From contig CP147780.1 of NCBI GenBank assembly GCA_037310415.1, positions 2,432,001-2,496,000 on the forward strand: 64,000 bases of DNA, given 5' to 3'. Below, in pieces: positions 9,921 through 18,986 of this stretch. Source of the stretch: Candidatus Atabeyarchaeum deiterrae (GTDB taxonomy: Archaea > Asgardarchaeota > Atabeyarchaeia > Atabeyarchaeales > Atabeyarchaeaceae). Each line of letters begins with the position of its first letter. The first letter of the stretch is position 1. The translations under genes were made by a program, and so were the position numbers. The notes under the pieces are model-generated. The model searched no databases. It was given only the letters and a program-made list of their open reading frames with translations, and was not told the DNA's origin.

Positions 9921-10066
9921 ATATTTATATTCATTAACCAGCATTTACTACCACAGGAGTTAACTTCGGAAAATAGGCGAAGTTAAAGAACGTTCTTTTT
10001 TAGTTTTCGTTTTTTTGCCTCGCTTAGTTTCGAGTTCAACCCAGAATTTCAGCGAGGTGAAATAGT
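9921..10066 (+). promoter_or_regulatory. TATA box plus structured 5' leader with SD-sequestering hairpin
   Basis: TATA atatttatat 9921-9930; stem ttaacttcg/cgaagttaa 9960-9986; U-tracts; ttttgcctcgct (10013-10024) complementary to agcgaggtgaaa (10051-10062), which contains the SD. Confidence 0.55.
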
Positions 10067-10234
10067 TTGGGATTTGAGCGACGCGGCGGCAGCCGAGGAC
10101 CACCAAGAGGACCAAGAGAAATGCACAAGGCTACTTGCTCCGATTGTGGCAAGGAAACAGAAGTTCCCTTCAAGCCGACTGAGGGCAAGCCGGTATATTG
10201 CCGCGAATGTTACCAGAAACACAGAAAGTATTAG
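10067..10234 (+). CDS. Small CxxC-x17-CxxC zinc-ribbon protein (55 aa), absent from the ORF track
   Basis: SD gaggtga then TTG. Translation MGFERRGGSRGPPRGPREMHKATCSDCGKETEVPFKPTEGKPVYCRECYQKHRKY matches the family signature CxxCG..TxVPFxP..GxPVYCxxC. Confidence 0.93.
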   Translation: MGFERRGGSRGPPRGPREMHKATCSDCGKETEVPFKPTEGKPVYCRECYQKHRKY

Positions 10235-10235
10235 G

Positions 10236-10278
10236 TTTACCTGAGGTCTAGGTAAATCTATCCATTCCCTATTTTTTG
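10236..10278 (+). terminator. Hairpin plus T-tract after the CxxC gene
   Basis: tttacct-gaggtct-aggtaaa inverted repeat followed by attttttgg. Confidence 0.45.
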
Positions 10279-10579
10279 GATGCGATAAGCAGGCTGTCCC
10301 ACACGATGACAGCACTTGTCCGATTTTCTAAGGTCCAGCTGTTTTACGCACACAAGGGGCTATGATGTGAACAATAGTGCTTTCTGAACCTGCCAACAAA
10401 CGACGTTAGGCATTCTCATCATTCAGCAGAATCTCTATCTTGTTGCCCTAGTCCATACCAGTCCGTCGCATTAGCTTGTTGAGGTGCTGCTTGACAAAGA
10501 AGAAACGGTCTTAAGTCTGTACAAGTAATACGGTAAAAGACCTTAACTTACCTAGAACAGATTATGGGAAGCTGAGATC

Positions 10580-10966
10580 ATGGAAAAAGAGATAATCACA
10601 ACTTCGAAAGCTCCAAAACCAGTTGGTCCATATTCGCAAGCAGTGAAAGTTGGGAATTTGATTTTCGTTTCAGGCCAGATTCCGCTGGACCCAAGAACAG
10701 GAACACCGGTGTCTGGGGACATAAAGGAACAGACGAAAAGAGTTTTGGAAAACATTAAGGGAATCTTGGAAGCCGAAGGACTTACTCTAGACACTGTTGT
10801 GAAAACAACTGTATTCATGAGAAATATGGCCGACTTCTCAAAGATGAATGATGTCTATGCAACCTATTTTAAGAACAAGCCACCTGCCAGGACGACAATT
10901 CAAGCAGGAGACCTTCCAGCAAAGATGGACATTGAGATTGATGCGATAGCGCTCAAGAGCGAATAG
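10580..10966 (+). CDS. ridA: RidA/YjgF reactive intermediate deaminase
   Basis: APKPVGPYSQA, SGQIP, PPARTT and IEIDAIA motifs. Confidence 0.95.
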   Translation: MEKEIITTSKAPKPVGPYSQAVKVGNLIFVSGQIPLDPRTGTPVSGDIKEQTKRVLENIKGILEAEGLTLDTVVKTTVFMRNMADFSKMNDVYATYFKNKPPARTTIQAGDLPAKMDIEIDAIALKSE

Positions 10967-11034
10967 GATCAACCCCAAATGGACAAACATCTCATTGCAT
11001 TATGCATTTTTCACTCATCGGAGATGTCTATCCA

Positions 11035-12126
11035 ATGAACGGTTATGAGGGAATGCTGACTGCCCTGAAAAGAGATGGGGAACCTGACTTCCTTCCTATT
11101 TGGGAACTCATAATCAACGAACCAGTTATGAGAGCGCTATTTGGGAAGGTTAGTCTCTTCGACTTTGTTGAAAAGATGGATCTTGATGGCATTTGTGTAG
11201 CCGAAGACATTCAACTTCAGCGTGCTGAGACTAAGCCTCGTGTGGCAATAATCGATGACTTTGGGATCAAGTGGTCTTATTCGGGTGTGGTCTTCCAGCC
11301 TAGTGAGGGGCCGATCAAGAGAGTCGAGGATTTGAATGCTTATGAGATGCCTGACCCCAACAGTGAAAAAAAGTATGCTAGCCTGAAGCTCGTCATTCAG
11401 AGGTTCAAGGAAAAGAGGGCGATAGTCTTCCTCAGTCATGACTCCTTTGAGCACTCTGCATACTTGGTTGGAGGAATTGCCAACTTAATGCGGTGGTACG
11501 TTCTATACCCCGAAGCAGTAAAGGGATTAGCTGATCGGATCTCAGAGTACAAGCAGACAACTCTCAGAATTGCCTCCAAGATGGGAGCTGACATACTTCT
11601 CACTGGCGACGATTATGCCTTCAGAGACAGGTCAATGATGTCTCCAAAACAGTTCAAAGAATTCGTCTTGCCCTACTTAGAAAGGGCAGTCACAATAGCG
11701 AAGAGCAACAAGTTACCCTTCATCAAACACACCGATGGGAATCTCTGGGACATAATAGATATGATTGTGGGAGCAGGGATAGATGGTCTACATCCACTTG
11801 AGCCTGTGGCAGGAATGGACATTGGCAGGGTGAAGAAGCTTTACGGCAACAGAATTGCTGTCATCGGCAATATTGACTGCACATACATTCTTCCTCATGG
11901 AACCGAGGCCGAGGTCGTCGACGCTGTCAAAGAAACGATAGCGAAGGCGTCTCCTGGAGGAGGACACATAATCTCATCAAGCAACAGTATTCACCCGGGC
12001 GTGAAACCCGAAAACTATAGAACAATGGTCAAAGCCGCTAGGAAATATGGCAAGTATCCAATAGACAAGCAGTTGGTCGAAGAGAACAAGAAACGGAGCT
12101 ATGTGAGCCGACTCATGCCAAGATGA
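11035..12126 (+). CDS. Uroporphyrinogen decarboxylase / MtaA-CmuA-like TIM-barrel protein
   Basis: GDDYA...MMSP..FKEF, KHTDGN, GIDGLHPLEP, GNIDC and GGHIISSSNSIH motifs. Start placed at ATG 11035. Confidence 0.88.
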   Translation: MNGYEGMLTALKRDGEPDFLPIWELIINEPVMRALFGKVSLFDFVEKMDLDGICVAEDIQLQRAETKPRVAIIDDFGIKWSYSGVVFQPSEGPIKRVEDLNAYEMPDPNSEKKYASLKLVIQRFKEKRAIVFLSHDSFEHSAYLVGGIANLMRWYVLYPEAVKGLADRISEYKQTTLRIASKMGADILLTGDDYAFRDRSMMSPKQFKEFVLPYLERAVTIAKSNKLPFIKHTDGNLWDIIDMIVGAGIDGLHPLEPVAGMDIGRVKKLYGNRIAVIGNIDCTYILPHGTEAEVVDAVKETIAKASPGGGHIISSSNSIHPGVKPENYRTMVKAARKYGKYPIDKQLVEENKKRSYVSRLMPR

Positions 12127-12197
12127 AGTGAACCCACAAAGGGAATTTCCTAAACCATAATCAAGCTGACTCTCACGCGGTGAAGCGAGGAGCTGTT

Positions 12198-12797
12198 CTA
12201 TTTTGCCTTCTTTGCCTTAGCCATTGAGAGATATAGCTCTCTGATCTTCCGCTGTAAGGCCATTGTCTCGTCAAACTCCTCGTCAGACATTGAGAGATCA
12301 TGCGCAACCTCGACTGCCCTTTGCTTTGAAAGGAAGTCTACGTCATCGAATTTCGACACAGCCTCTTCAAGTTTAGAAGCATCACAAAGGTGGAAAACCT
12401 TGTTCTCAGTGTTGACTATCTCTTGTGCCGTGGCATCATTATACTCAAGCGTGAATCCGAGCCTATTCATGGCATCGACTATCGTCTTCACAAGCTTCTT
12501 CTGGAAGTCCACGCTGGCCCGAGATTCACCCATGGTGAAATCGAAGACCTCCGCCGTGGTCTGGTAGTAGCTTTCGATCAGGTGTCCTACGCGCTCCTCC
12601 TTGACAACTTCGACCATCTCGGCGCCCTTAAGCTTCTGGATGTGGTGATAAACGGTCTGAGGGGAGAGACTCAACTCTTCAGCAATTTTACTGACATTCA
12701 TGGGCTTTGCCCTAAGAAGAAAGATAATCTTCCTGCGAGACTCGTCTCCAAGAAGCTGGAAGCTCTCTGGATCACTGATCACTTTCATAGCCTTCAT
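12198..12797 (-). CDS. ArsR-family winged-helix transcriptional regulator
   Basis: LGDESRRKIIFLL...NVSKIAEELSLSPQTVYHHIQKL...ESYY. Confidence 0.9.
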   Translation of the reverse strand: MKAMKVISDPESFQLLGDESRRKIIFLLRAKPMNVSKIAEELSLSPQTVYHHIQKLKGAEMVEVVKEERVGHLIESYYQTTAEVFDFTMGESRASVDFQKKLVKTIVDAMNRLGFTLEYNDATAQEIVNTENKVFHLCDASKLEEAVSKFDDVDFLSKQRAVEVAHDLSMSDEEFDETMALQRKIRELYLSMAKAKKAK

Positions 12798-12850
12798 TCG
12801 GAATCACCACAATACCCCTATTCTAATCCTATATTGCCGTCTGTATTATA

Positions 12851-12990
12851 TTGTCACCATGATAGTAATTAACTCCAAACGCTTATATACTTAGCTATAT
12901 CTTCGAACTCTCATCACTACTTTATTTAGCCAGTCAAAACCTTTATATATCAGACGCATATATTACTATTATGATGGTCATCATAATAAT
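12851..12990. promoter_or_regulatory. Divergent promoters with related operator boxes
   Basis: TATA-like cttatatac (about 12882) and ctttatatat (12941-12950). Palindrome tattatgatg-gt-catcataata at 12967-12988. Related inverted box tgtcaccatgatagtaat at 12852-12869. Confidence 0.6.
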
Positions 12991-13026
12991 GAGACCACTA
13001 AATCTCGAAGGAGGAATGAACCCAAA

Positions 13027-13152
13027 ATGTTGAGAATAAGCCGAGCCGGAAACCGAAAGAGGTTGGCCGTAATGGAAGTCAGCCAGGAAACAATTAACCC
13101 AAGAGAATCTCTGGCAGGTCAAATTGCATACATCCACAGACGGATTATCTAG
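13027..13152 (+). CDS. Putative small protein (41 aa)
   Basis: Lies downstream of the TATA at 12941 and SD gaaggagg. Translation MLRISRAGNRKRLAVMEVSQETINPRESLAGQIAYIHRRII. No family recognised. Confidence 0.4.
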   Translation: MLRISRAGNRKRLAVMEVSQETINPRESLAGQIAYIHRRII

Positions 13153-13333
13153 GGGGAAATCGCTTAGAACCAACTTGCGCCTGCTAACCCATCGAAAACC
13201 ACAAAACAGACATTAGTCTTTGAGTGCCATACTATTCTTCCCCCCCAAAAAACTTCCTATTCACTACCTTTAACCTTAATCGGATGTCTTGACTATTTGT
13301 CGTTCACTCAGATCAACCTGTGTAATCAGGGTC

Positions 13334-14686
13334 ATGGTGTCTCGCTTGAGCTCAACCGAGAAAAATGGAAATTCAAAACCTCTTGACTTAACTCACAACG
13401 GATATGACAAGAGGCTTATGAGAAACGTCTACGTGCTCAGCATTACCATGGGTATTATGACCCTGTTCTTCGGCTGGCAAAACTACCAGTCAATCTACCT
13501 CCAACATGGTCTGGGTGCGAGCTACTTTGATGTTGGAGTTGTCTATAGTATTGGATACCTTGCTCACGCACTATCAGGTTTCCCCGCGAGTCTCATTAGT
13601 GACAAGCATGGAAGGAAGAAGTTCGTTATCGCAGGGACATTCATCAATGGATTCGTATACATGAGCTACGCGCTCTGCAATACTTGGTTCCTTATCACGA
13701 TCCCGCTATTTGTCATGAATCTTTCCCACGCTGCGTATATCAATCCCATGTTTGCCATGCTGGCCGAGTCGGCTCCTCCAAAGAAACGTGGTATCGCATT
13801 CGGAGCCTTTCAAGTCATTTCTGGGGTAATAAGCCTCTTTGCACCGCTACTGGCTCTCAGTGTAATTTCTCAATACGGGCAGGATCCCACAGTCTCTGTT
13901 CCCCTCGCGATGCCCTATCTGTACTTGATGTGTGGTGGCACCGTTGCGGCAATGGCTGTGGCTCGAGGCGTCGCTTTGAGGGAGACACATATTGGTGTTC
14001 TTCGACTTTCTCAACCATTGGATATAACACACACATCCCAAGAGACTGACGCGGCACCGCTCTCCAACAAGACAGGTACCCTTCGTGACTGTGAGGAACC
14101 GAGGCTTCGAAGCAGAACGGTGGCTGGCTTCTTTGTCTTTGTTTCACTTGCAGCAATAACGTCTGCAGTCATTAGCAACTTCATTCCGCTCTATGCGGCA
14201 AATGTCCAAGTGGGAAATGTTCACATATTCGATAATTTTCGGTTGATGGTGTTTTTCGTCGTGAGTTCTGGTGTTTCAACCTTGGTTCAGTTGCCCACTG
14301 GTCGTCTTGCAGATTCCTCAAAGAAGAGGATCATGTTGCTGATAAGTGTGCTTTTGTTTGCATTAGCTATCTTGATGTACATGATAGCGGATGATTTCTA
14401 CAAGTTTATTCTGGCGCAAGCCTTTCTCTCAGCGGCTAGCACTCTGCTCTTTAACACTGAGTTCACGATGATTTCGTGTTATTCCAGACGAAGGAACAGG
14501 AGCACAGCATTCGCGATTCAGACAGCGATCGGCGACATCGTGTCTATTCCTTTTCCATTGATTGGGGGTTTACTTATCAGTGTCTCTCCTCAACTGCTGT
14601 TCACATTCACCTTGGTCCTAACAGTCCCCACATTCTTTGCTGGCCTTCTACTTGTCCATGAACCTAGTAAGCCGACAGCCGAATAG
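13334..14686 (+). CDS. MFS transporter
   Basis: About 12 TMs; motif A-like SDKHGRKK and GRLADSSKKR. Start ATG 13334 preferred. Confidence 0.9.
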   Translation: MVSRLSSTEKNGNSKPLDLTHNGYDKRLMRNVYVLSITMGIMTLFFGWQNYQSIYLQHGLGASYFDVGVVYSIGYLAHALSGFPASLISDKHGRKKFVIAGTFINGFVYMSYALCNTWFLITIPLFVMNLSHAAYINPMFAMLAESAPPKKRGIAFGAFQVISGVISLFAPLLALSVISQYGQDPTVSVPLAMPYLYLMCGGTVAAMAVARGVALRETHIGVLRLSQPLDITHTSQETDAAPLSNKTGTLRDCEEPRLRSRTVAGFFVFVSLAAITSAVISNFIPLYAANVQVGNVHIFDNFRLMVFFVVSSGVSTLVQLPTGRLADSSKKRIMLLISVLLFALAILMYMIADDFYKFILAQAFLSAASTLLFNTEFTMISCYSRRRNRSTAFAIQTAIGDIVSIPFPLIGGLLISVSPQLLFTFTLVLTVPTFFAGLLLVHEPSKPTAE

Positions 14687-14758
14687 TAGCAAAGATCGTT
14701 CTGCCCACTCCATTAGAGCTGGTTTTGGACGAATCAAAGAAAATGGTTAAGGCACTTC

Positions 14759-15565
14759 TTAAGTGCGCAGTAACGCGTACACAAGCTTTCTCTTCTTTTG
14801 GAAGCCTATTCTCTCATATATTCTGACGGCCTGACTGTTGTCTTCCATGACGAACAAGCTCACTATTACGCCAAGCGAATGGAGTGCTGACGCCAAAGCG
14901 TACGTGTTATTAGTCGCATATCCTCTTCCCCGGTAGGACCAAGCTGTCACTATGTTTCCAAGCTGTGCAACTTGCGGGGTGACAAAATGGACACCTGCAA
15001 CACTAACGATCTCGCCGTCAAGTTTGACACAGTAATATGGCCCCGATTCAAACTGGACGGGGAGCCACGCAAGGGCTCCGTTCCCTTTCAGAAAGTGATC
15101 CAGTTTCGATAGTTCGGATTGTTGGACTAGTTCAACTTCCACATTCTTCTGTGGACCTTTTGGCAGAATAGGTTCTTTCAAAACCATTTGGTATTCCTTG
15201 TGCGATTTAACGATCTCCGCTCTTCCTCTGAACAAGTTCAATTCTTCTGGCTCACAGATGCAGGTGAAATCGCCGTCTATCTTTGTGAGAATGTGGTTGA
15301 GGAGTCTCTCTTTGAAAGGTGGAGCAATTCCCAAGACGATTGAGGGGTGACTGAACCCTCTGTAAACATTCGAGAAGTCATCCAACTTGCCATTCCGCAG
15401 ACCCATGTAGATCTCGCTCGAAGATAGGTGAGGTGGGTAGAGGTCTGCCAGAAGCAACAGATTCTTCTGAGAGTCTTTTGAAGCCAAGCGAGCACATTCA
15501 GGCAACAGATCAGACCTATCTTTCTGCGTGACGATTTTCTGGTTCATGCACCTAACAAGCTCCAT
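14759..15565 (-). CDS. GNAT-family acetyltransferase
   Basis: C-terminal GNIVT..SYRGRGYA and N..AVRIYERIGF motifs. Confidence 0.88.
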   Translation of the reverse strand: MELVRCMNQKIVTQKDRSDLLPECARLASKDSQKNLLLLADLYPPHLSSSEIYMGLRNGKLDDFSNVYRGFSHPSIVLGIAPPFKERLLNHILTKIDGDFTCICEPEELNLFRGRAEIVKSHKEYQMVLKEPILPKGPQKNVEVELVQQSELSKLDHFLKGNGALAWLPVQFESGPYYCVKLDGEIVSVAGVHFVTPQVAQLGNIVTAWSYRGRGYATNNTYALASALHSLGVIVSLFVMEDNSQAVRIYERIGFQKKRKLVYALLRT

Positions 15566-15611
15566 TACTGTCGCTTGGCTTTCGACATCTAGGCATCTCA
15601 GGTTTGGAGAG

Positions 15612-15896
15612 CTATTTCTCGATCTTGTAGACTACATTGAAGCTCTCACTTTTCCAATCCTCTTGGATGCCAAGTATTCTGACCTGGATTTTGGATTCGT
15701 CAAACAGCTCGTAGATGAGGTCTTCGAAGTAGTCGTAAAACCCGCATGTTCTGCAGAATATACCTGAGAATGATATTGTGAACTCTTCATCTTTCTCTTT
15801 GATTATCAGAAGCTTTGCTGTGACTTCGGGACTTCTGTACCTATTGTAGGTTTCTATTCCATTCTTTATCCTGAGCGCTAAGTCTTTGACAGCCAA
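15612..15896 (-). CDS. Small archaeal hypothetical protein with CxxC (NFU-like pattern)
   Basis: YNRYRSPE...FSGIFCRTCGFYDYFEDL; SD ggaggg upstream. Confidence 0.75.
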   Translation of the reverse strand: MAVKDLALRIKNGIETYNRYRSPEVTAKLLIIKEKDEEFTISFSGIFCRTCGFYDYFEDLIYELFDESKIQVRILGIQEDWKSESFNVVYKIEK

Positions 15897-16020
15897 TCTG
15901 AAATGAACCCTCCTCAGACTTCTTCCGAGACGATGGTTCCGTGGGTTAATGTCGGTTGTCTATGCATTTCATAGTTCATGACTTATTAAAGGAGTACAGG
16001 ACACGGGCTACTCGAAGATC

Positions 16021-16055
16021 ACTATTCTCTTGGTTTAGAATAGTAATATATCTTA
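16021..16055. promoter_or_regulatory. Inverted repeat abutting a TATA-like box
   Basis: actattct-N8-agaatagt followed by aatatatctta in a divergent intergenic region. Confidence 0.3.
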
Positions 16056-16098
16056 AGACTGAAGATATTCAACTGATTATTCGAGGGCTGGATATACT

Positions 16099-16572
16099 TT
16101 GAGGCAGATCAAAGTCGATGGAGGACTTGAGGAAACAAGGGAACGCGCGGTCTCATTGCTTAAGACCTCAGGCTTTGAAGTTCTCAGGGATGGTGACCGC
16201 TCGTTTCGGTTCAGGAAAGTGAGACTCGCTCCAAGCAGGAGGATACCGCTGCTTTTCTACGGAAGCGGCGTCATGAAGCTGGAACCCATGAAAGGGGGTT
16301 CGACAAGAGTCACCTATCGATTGAGTATTTCGCCTGCAACAGTTTTCGCCTACTTGGTGACCGGCCTCTCAATAGCAATCGCTGCCATCTTTGTCAATTA
16401 CCTCTTGCTCACGTCAGTGACGAGTTCAGGTCTGAATGTTACAGTCACTTTTCTGGTAACAAATGCCGTCTCGATCTTTGTGCTTTTCATAACCATCATA
16501 TCGTTCGTGAAGACCAAGAATCGGGCTGAGCAGTTTCTGCGCGCATTCTTGGAGAGATCCATTGATGTATGA
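16099..16572 (+). CDS. Hypothetical membrane protein (2 TM)
   Basis: Soluble N-domain and two hydrophobic helices. Confidence 0.7.
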   Translation: MRQIKVDGGLEETRERAVSLLKTSGFEVLRDGDRSFRFRKVRLAPSRRIPLLFYGSGVMKLEPMKGGSTRVTYRLSISPATVFAYLVTGLSIAIAAIFVNYLLLTSVTSSGLNVTVTFLVTNAVSIFVLFITIISFVKTKNRAEQFLRAFLERSIDV

Positions 16573-16602
16573 AATGCAGGTTCGAGAATCTATCCGTGAT
16601 TG

Positions 16603-17496
16603 TCATTGCCCGGCGTAGAAACTTACTAAGACAACTCCCATAACAATGAGAATCGTTCCTACGACAACCTTGGCTGTTACCTTTTCTCCTGCATACAGCG
16701 ATGTGAGCAACAAAGAGAGGAGGGGGCTTACAGATGAGAGCGGAATCGCCCTTGATGCCGCTATTAGAGACAAGCTTACAAAGAGGAGTATCCCTCCCAA
16801 GCCAAGCGCCAGAATTCCTGCAACTGCGAGCATTATTGTATCCTTCTTTTGCAGTTTTCTAAGCTGCTTTGTCTCTCTGCCAGCGATGACAGCAAGGAGC
16901 AGGAAGGGTATTGTTGCAGATGTTCTAATGAACGTTGCATAGATCAAGTCAATACTTCCCATGCTCAACGCCATCTTGTATGATACCAGACCAACACTCC
17001 AAAACAAAGCCGCAACAATAGATGCTGCAACTCCTTTAAGCGAACCTTCTCCATTCTTATCGCCGTCATTCTTTTTGCTCCTTGTCCAGCTCACTATGAT
17101 TATTCCAACAACGGTTAAGGGCGTGCCAATAATCACAGCGTAAGTCAGAGCCTCATTCAGAAACAATGCTGCGAGAAACATGGCGTAAAGTGGGTAAGTG
17201 CTCGATATTGGTTGCGCCCGCGAGACGCCAGCTTTCTTCAACCCAAAGAAGTAGAAGGTATCTCCTATGACAAGATTGGTGAATGCAGCGAAAACCAAAA
17301 GTGTATACGCCCCAAGCGTGATGGCCGATGATTGGAACTGTGACATTGGAAGCATGAAAAGGAGGAAAAGAACAGCGAACGCCGATCTTACAAGGTTGGC
17401 TGCAAGATAGCCAACGTTCGAAAGCACCCTCTTATACAGCACTGCTGATGCTGCCCAGCACAGGGCTGCTATCAGCGCTGCGATCTCGCCAATCAT
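16603..17496 (-). CDS. DMT/EamA family transporter
   Basis: Ten TMs in two repeats; GVSRAQPISSTYPL...FLNE motif. Confidence 0.92.
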   Translation of the reverse strand: MIGEIAALIAALCWAASAVLYKRVLSNVGYLAANLVRSAFAVLFLLFMLPMSQFQSSAITLGAYTLLVFAAFTNLVIGDTFYFFGLKKAGVSRAQPISSTYPLYAMFLAALFLNEALTYAVIIGTPLTVVGIIIVSWTRSKKNDGDKNGEGSLKGVAASIVAALFWSVGLVSYKMALSMGSIDLIYATFIRTSATIPFLLLAVIAGRETKQLRKLQKKDTIMLAVAGILALGLGGILLFVSLSLIAASRAIPLSSVSPLLSLLLTSLYAGEKVTAKVVVGTILIVMGVVLVSFYAGQ

Positions 17497-17628
17497 ATGA
17501 TAACGATCACCCAGGATTGCAGAGACGTTCTGGTCTGATTGTCCCTAATACTTTGTGATAAGATTGCTGCGCAGCGTTAAAGGATCTTGGATTTGTTATG
17601 AAAGGCTGCTAGGCAGTAAGCTTGCCAT

Positions 17629-18705
17629 CTATACTTTTATTGTATTTCCACCTGATGCTCTTCTCAGTCTGTTCATGATGGCTAAGCCTAGCCCTTGGAT
17701 TTTCACTCCTTCCACCACAATTGCGTCAACTTTTTCTTCGTCCATCTTCCGTAGAGTTGGAAAGAGCTTCTTTGCGATCAGTTCTAGCTTCTCTCGGTCA
17801 CCCAAGGACTTGACGGTGTCGGCTTTGTAACTGTATCCGCTAGGGGCTATTATTGCCACCTTCCTTTTTCCCTGTCTCTTGAGATTATCTGCTGTCTCTT
17901 GAACCTTTGATCTGACTCTTTCGAGGTTTTCACCTTCAACTAGAAACAGGACGGCTCTTGGAGCATAGTGTCTGTACTTCATCCCAGGTGATTTTGCTAG
18001 GTATTCGTCGAGCTTTATCTCAGCAAGAACCGTGGGATGTAACTCTATTTTTCCGATGTATGATTCTATGTCTTCAACGGTAGTTCCGCCCGGTCTGAGC
18101 ACCATTGGCGGCGTACACGTTATATCAAGCACAGTGGATTCAACTCCAATATTCGACTCTCCGCCATCCAGAATCATCTCGATTTTTCCATTCAAATCTG
18201 ACAAAACATGGTCGGCGGTCGTAGGGCTGGGTGAGCCTGAGACATTCGCGCTAGGAGCTGCAATCGGAGTTTCTGAGGTTCGAATCAGTGAAAGAGCGAC
18301 AAGGTGCCTGGGCATTCTCACGGCGACCGTGTCCAAGCCTGCAACCGTGATGTCTGGCACGGTCTGTTTCCTCTTGAAAAGGAGAGTGAGTGGTCCTGGC
18401 CAGAATCTGTCGATTAATACCTTTGCCAAAGGAGAGATCTCCTCGGCGACCCTCTTCAAGTCTCCCACTGTGGAGACATGCACGATTATGGGGTTGTCCG
18501 AAGGTCTACCCTTGGCTTCGAAAATCCTTAAAACGCCATCATGCGATAGGGCGTCTGCGCCCAAACCATACACGGTTTCAGTTGGGAAAGCCACTAAGCC
18601 TGCCCGCTTTATTATTCCTGCCGCTTCTTCTATGGCATCCTGGTCAGGATTCTGAGGATTTACTCTGAGAACCTTTGTATGGAATTCCTTCTTGTCCAGC
18701 TGCAA
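17629..18705 (-). CDS. sua5: Threonylcarbamoyl-AMP synthase Sua5 (YrdC + SUA5 domain)
   Basis: AFPTETVYGLGA, KGRPSDNP, WPGPLT, AAPSAN.SG, SPGMKYRHYAP and AIMNRL motifs. Confidence 0.97.
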   Translation of the reverse strand: MQLDKKEFHTKVLRVNPQNPDQDAIEEAAGIIKRAGLVAFPTETVYGLGADALSHDGVLRIFEAKGRPSDNPIIVHVSTVGDLKRVAEEISPLAKVLIDRFWPGPLTLLFKRKQTVPDITVAGLDTVAVRMPRHLVALSLIRTSETPIAAPSANVSGSPSPTTADHVLSDLNGKIEMILDGGESNIGVESTVLDITCTPPMVLRPGGTTVEDIESYIGKIELHPTVLAEIKLDEYLAKSPGMKYRHYAPRAVLFLVEGENLERVRSKVQETADNLKRQGKRKVAIIAPSGYSYKADTVKSLGDREKLELIAKKLFPTLRKMDEEKVDAIVVEGVKIQGLGLAIMNRLRRASGGNTIKV

Positions 18706-18986
18706 GCCTTGTTTTCACCCTTTTTGGAGAGATCAAGAAAGAAGCTTCTAATCCAAATTAAGTTTCCCGAATTCAAGCCATAGGTAGCCTCACCCCAAAC
18801 CAGTCAGGTAGATTAGGCTTGACTGAAGCGCCGGCATGCGGTAACCCAACTATTGTTCTCTAAATCTAGTAATGACTTGCCGTTTCCAATAAACAGATAT
18901 AATTCTTTTGCCTCTTTCATAAGGTAGGTACACACATCGCTCTCCGATGCCTTACTTGGAGGAAGAAAAGGGAGGCAACCAAGGAA

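Noticed and set aside
9908-10323. 9-bp inverted repeat tcggacaag/cttgtccga flanking the CxxC gene as a MITE
   Set aside because: Too short, with no target-site duplication and no transposase.
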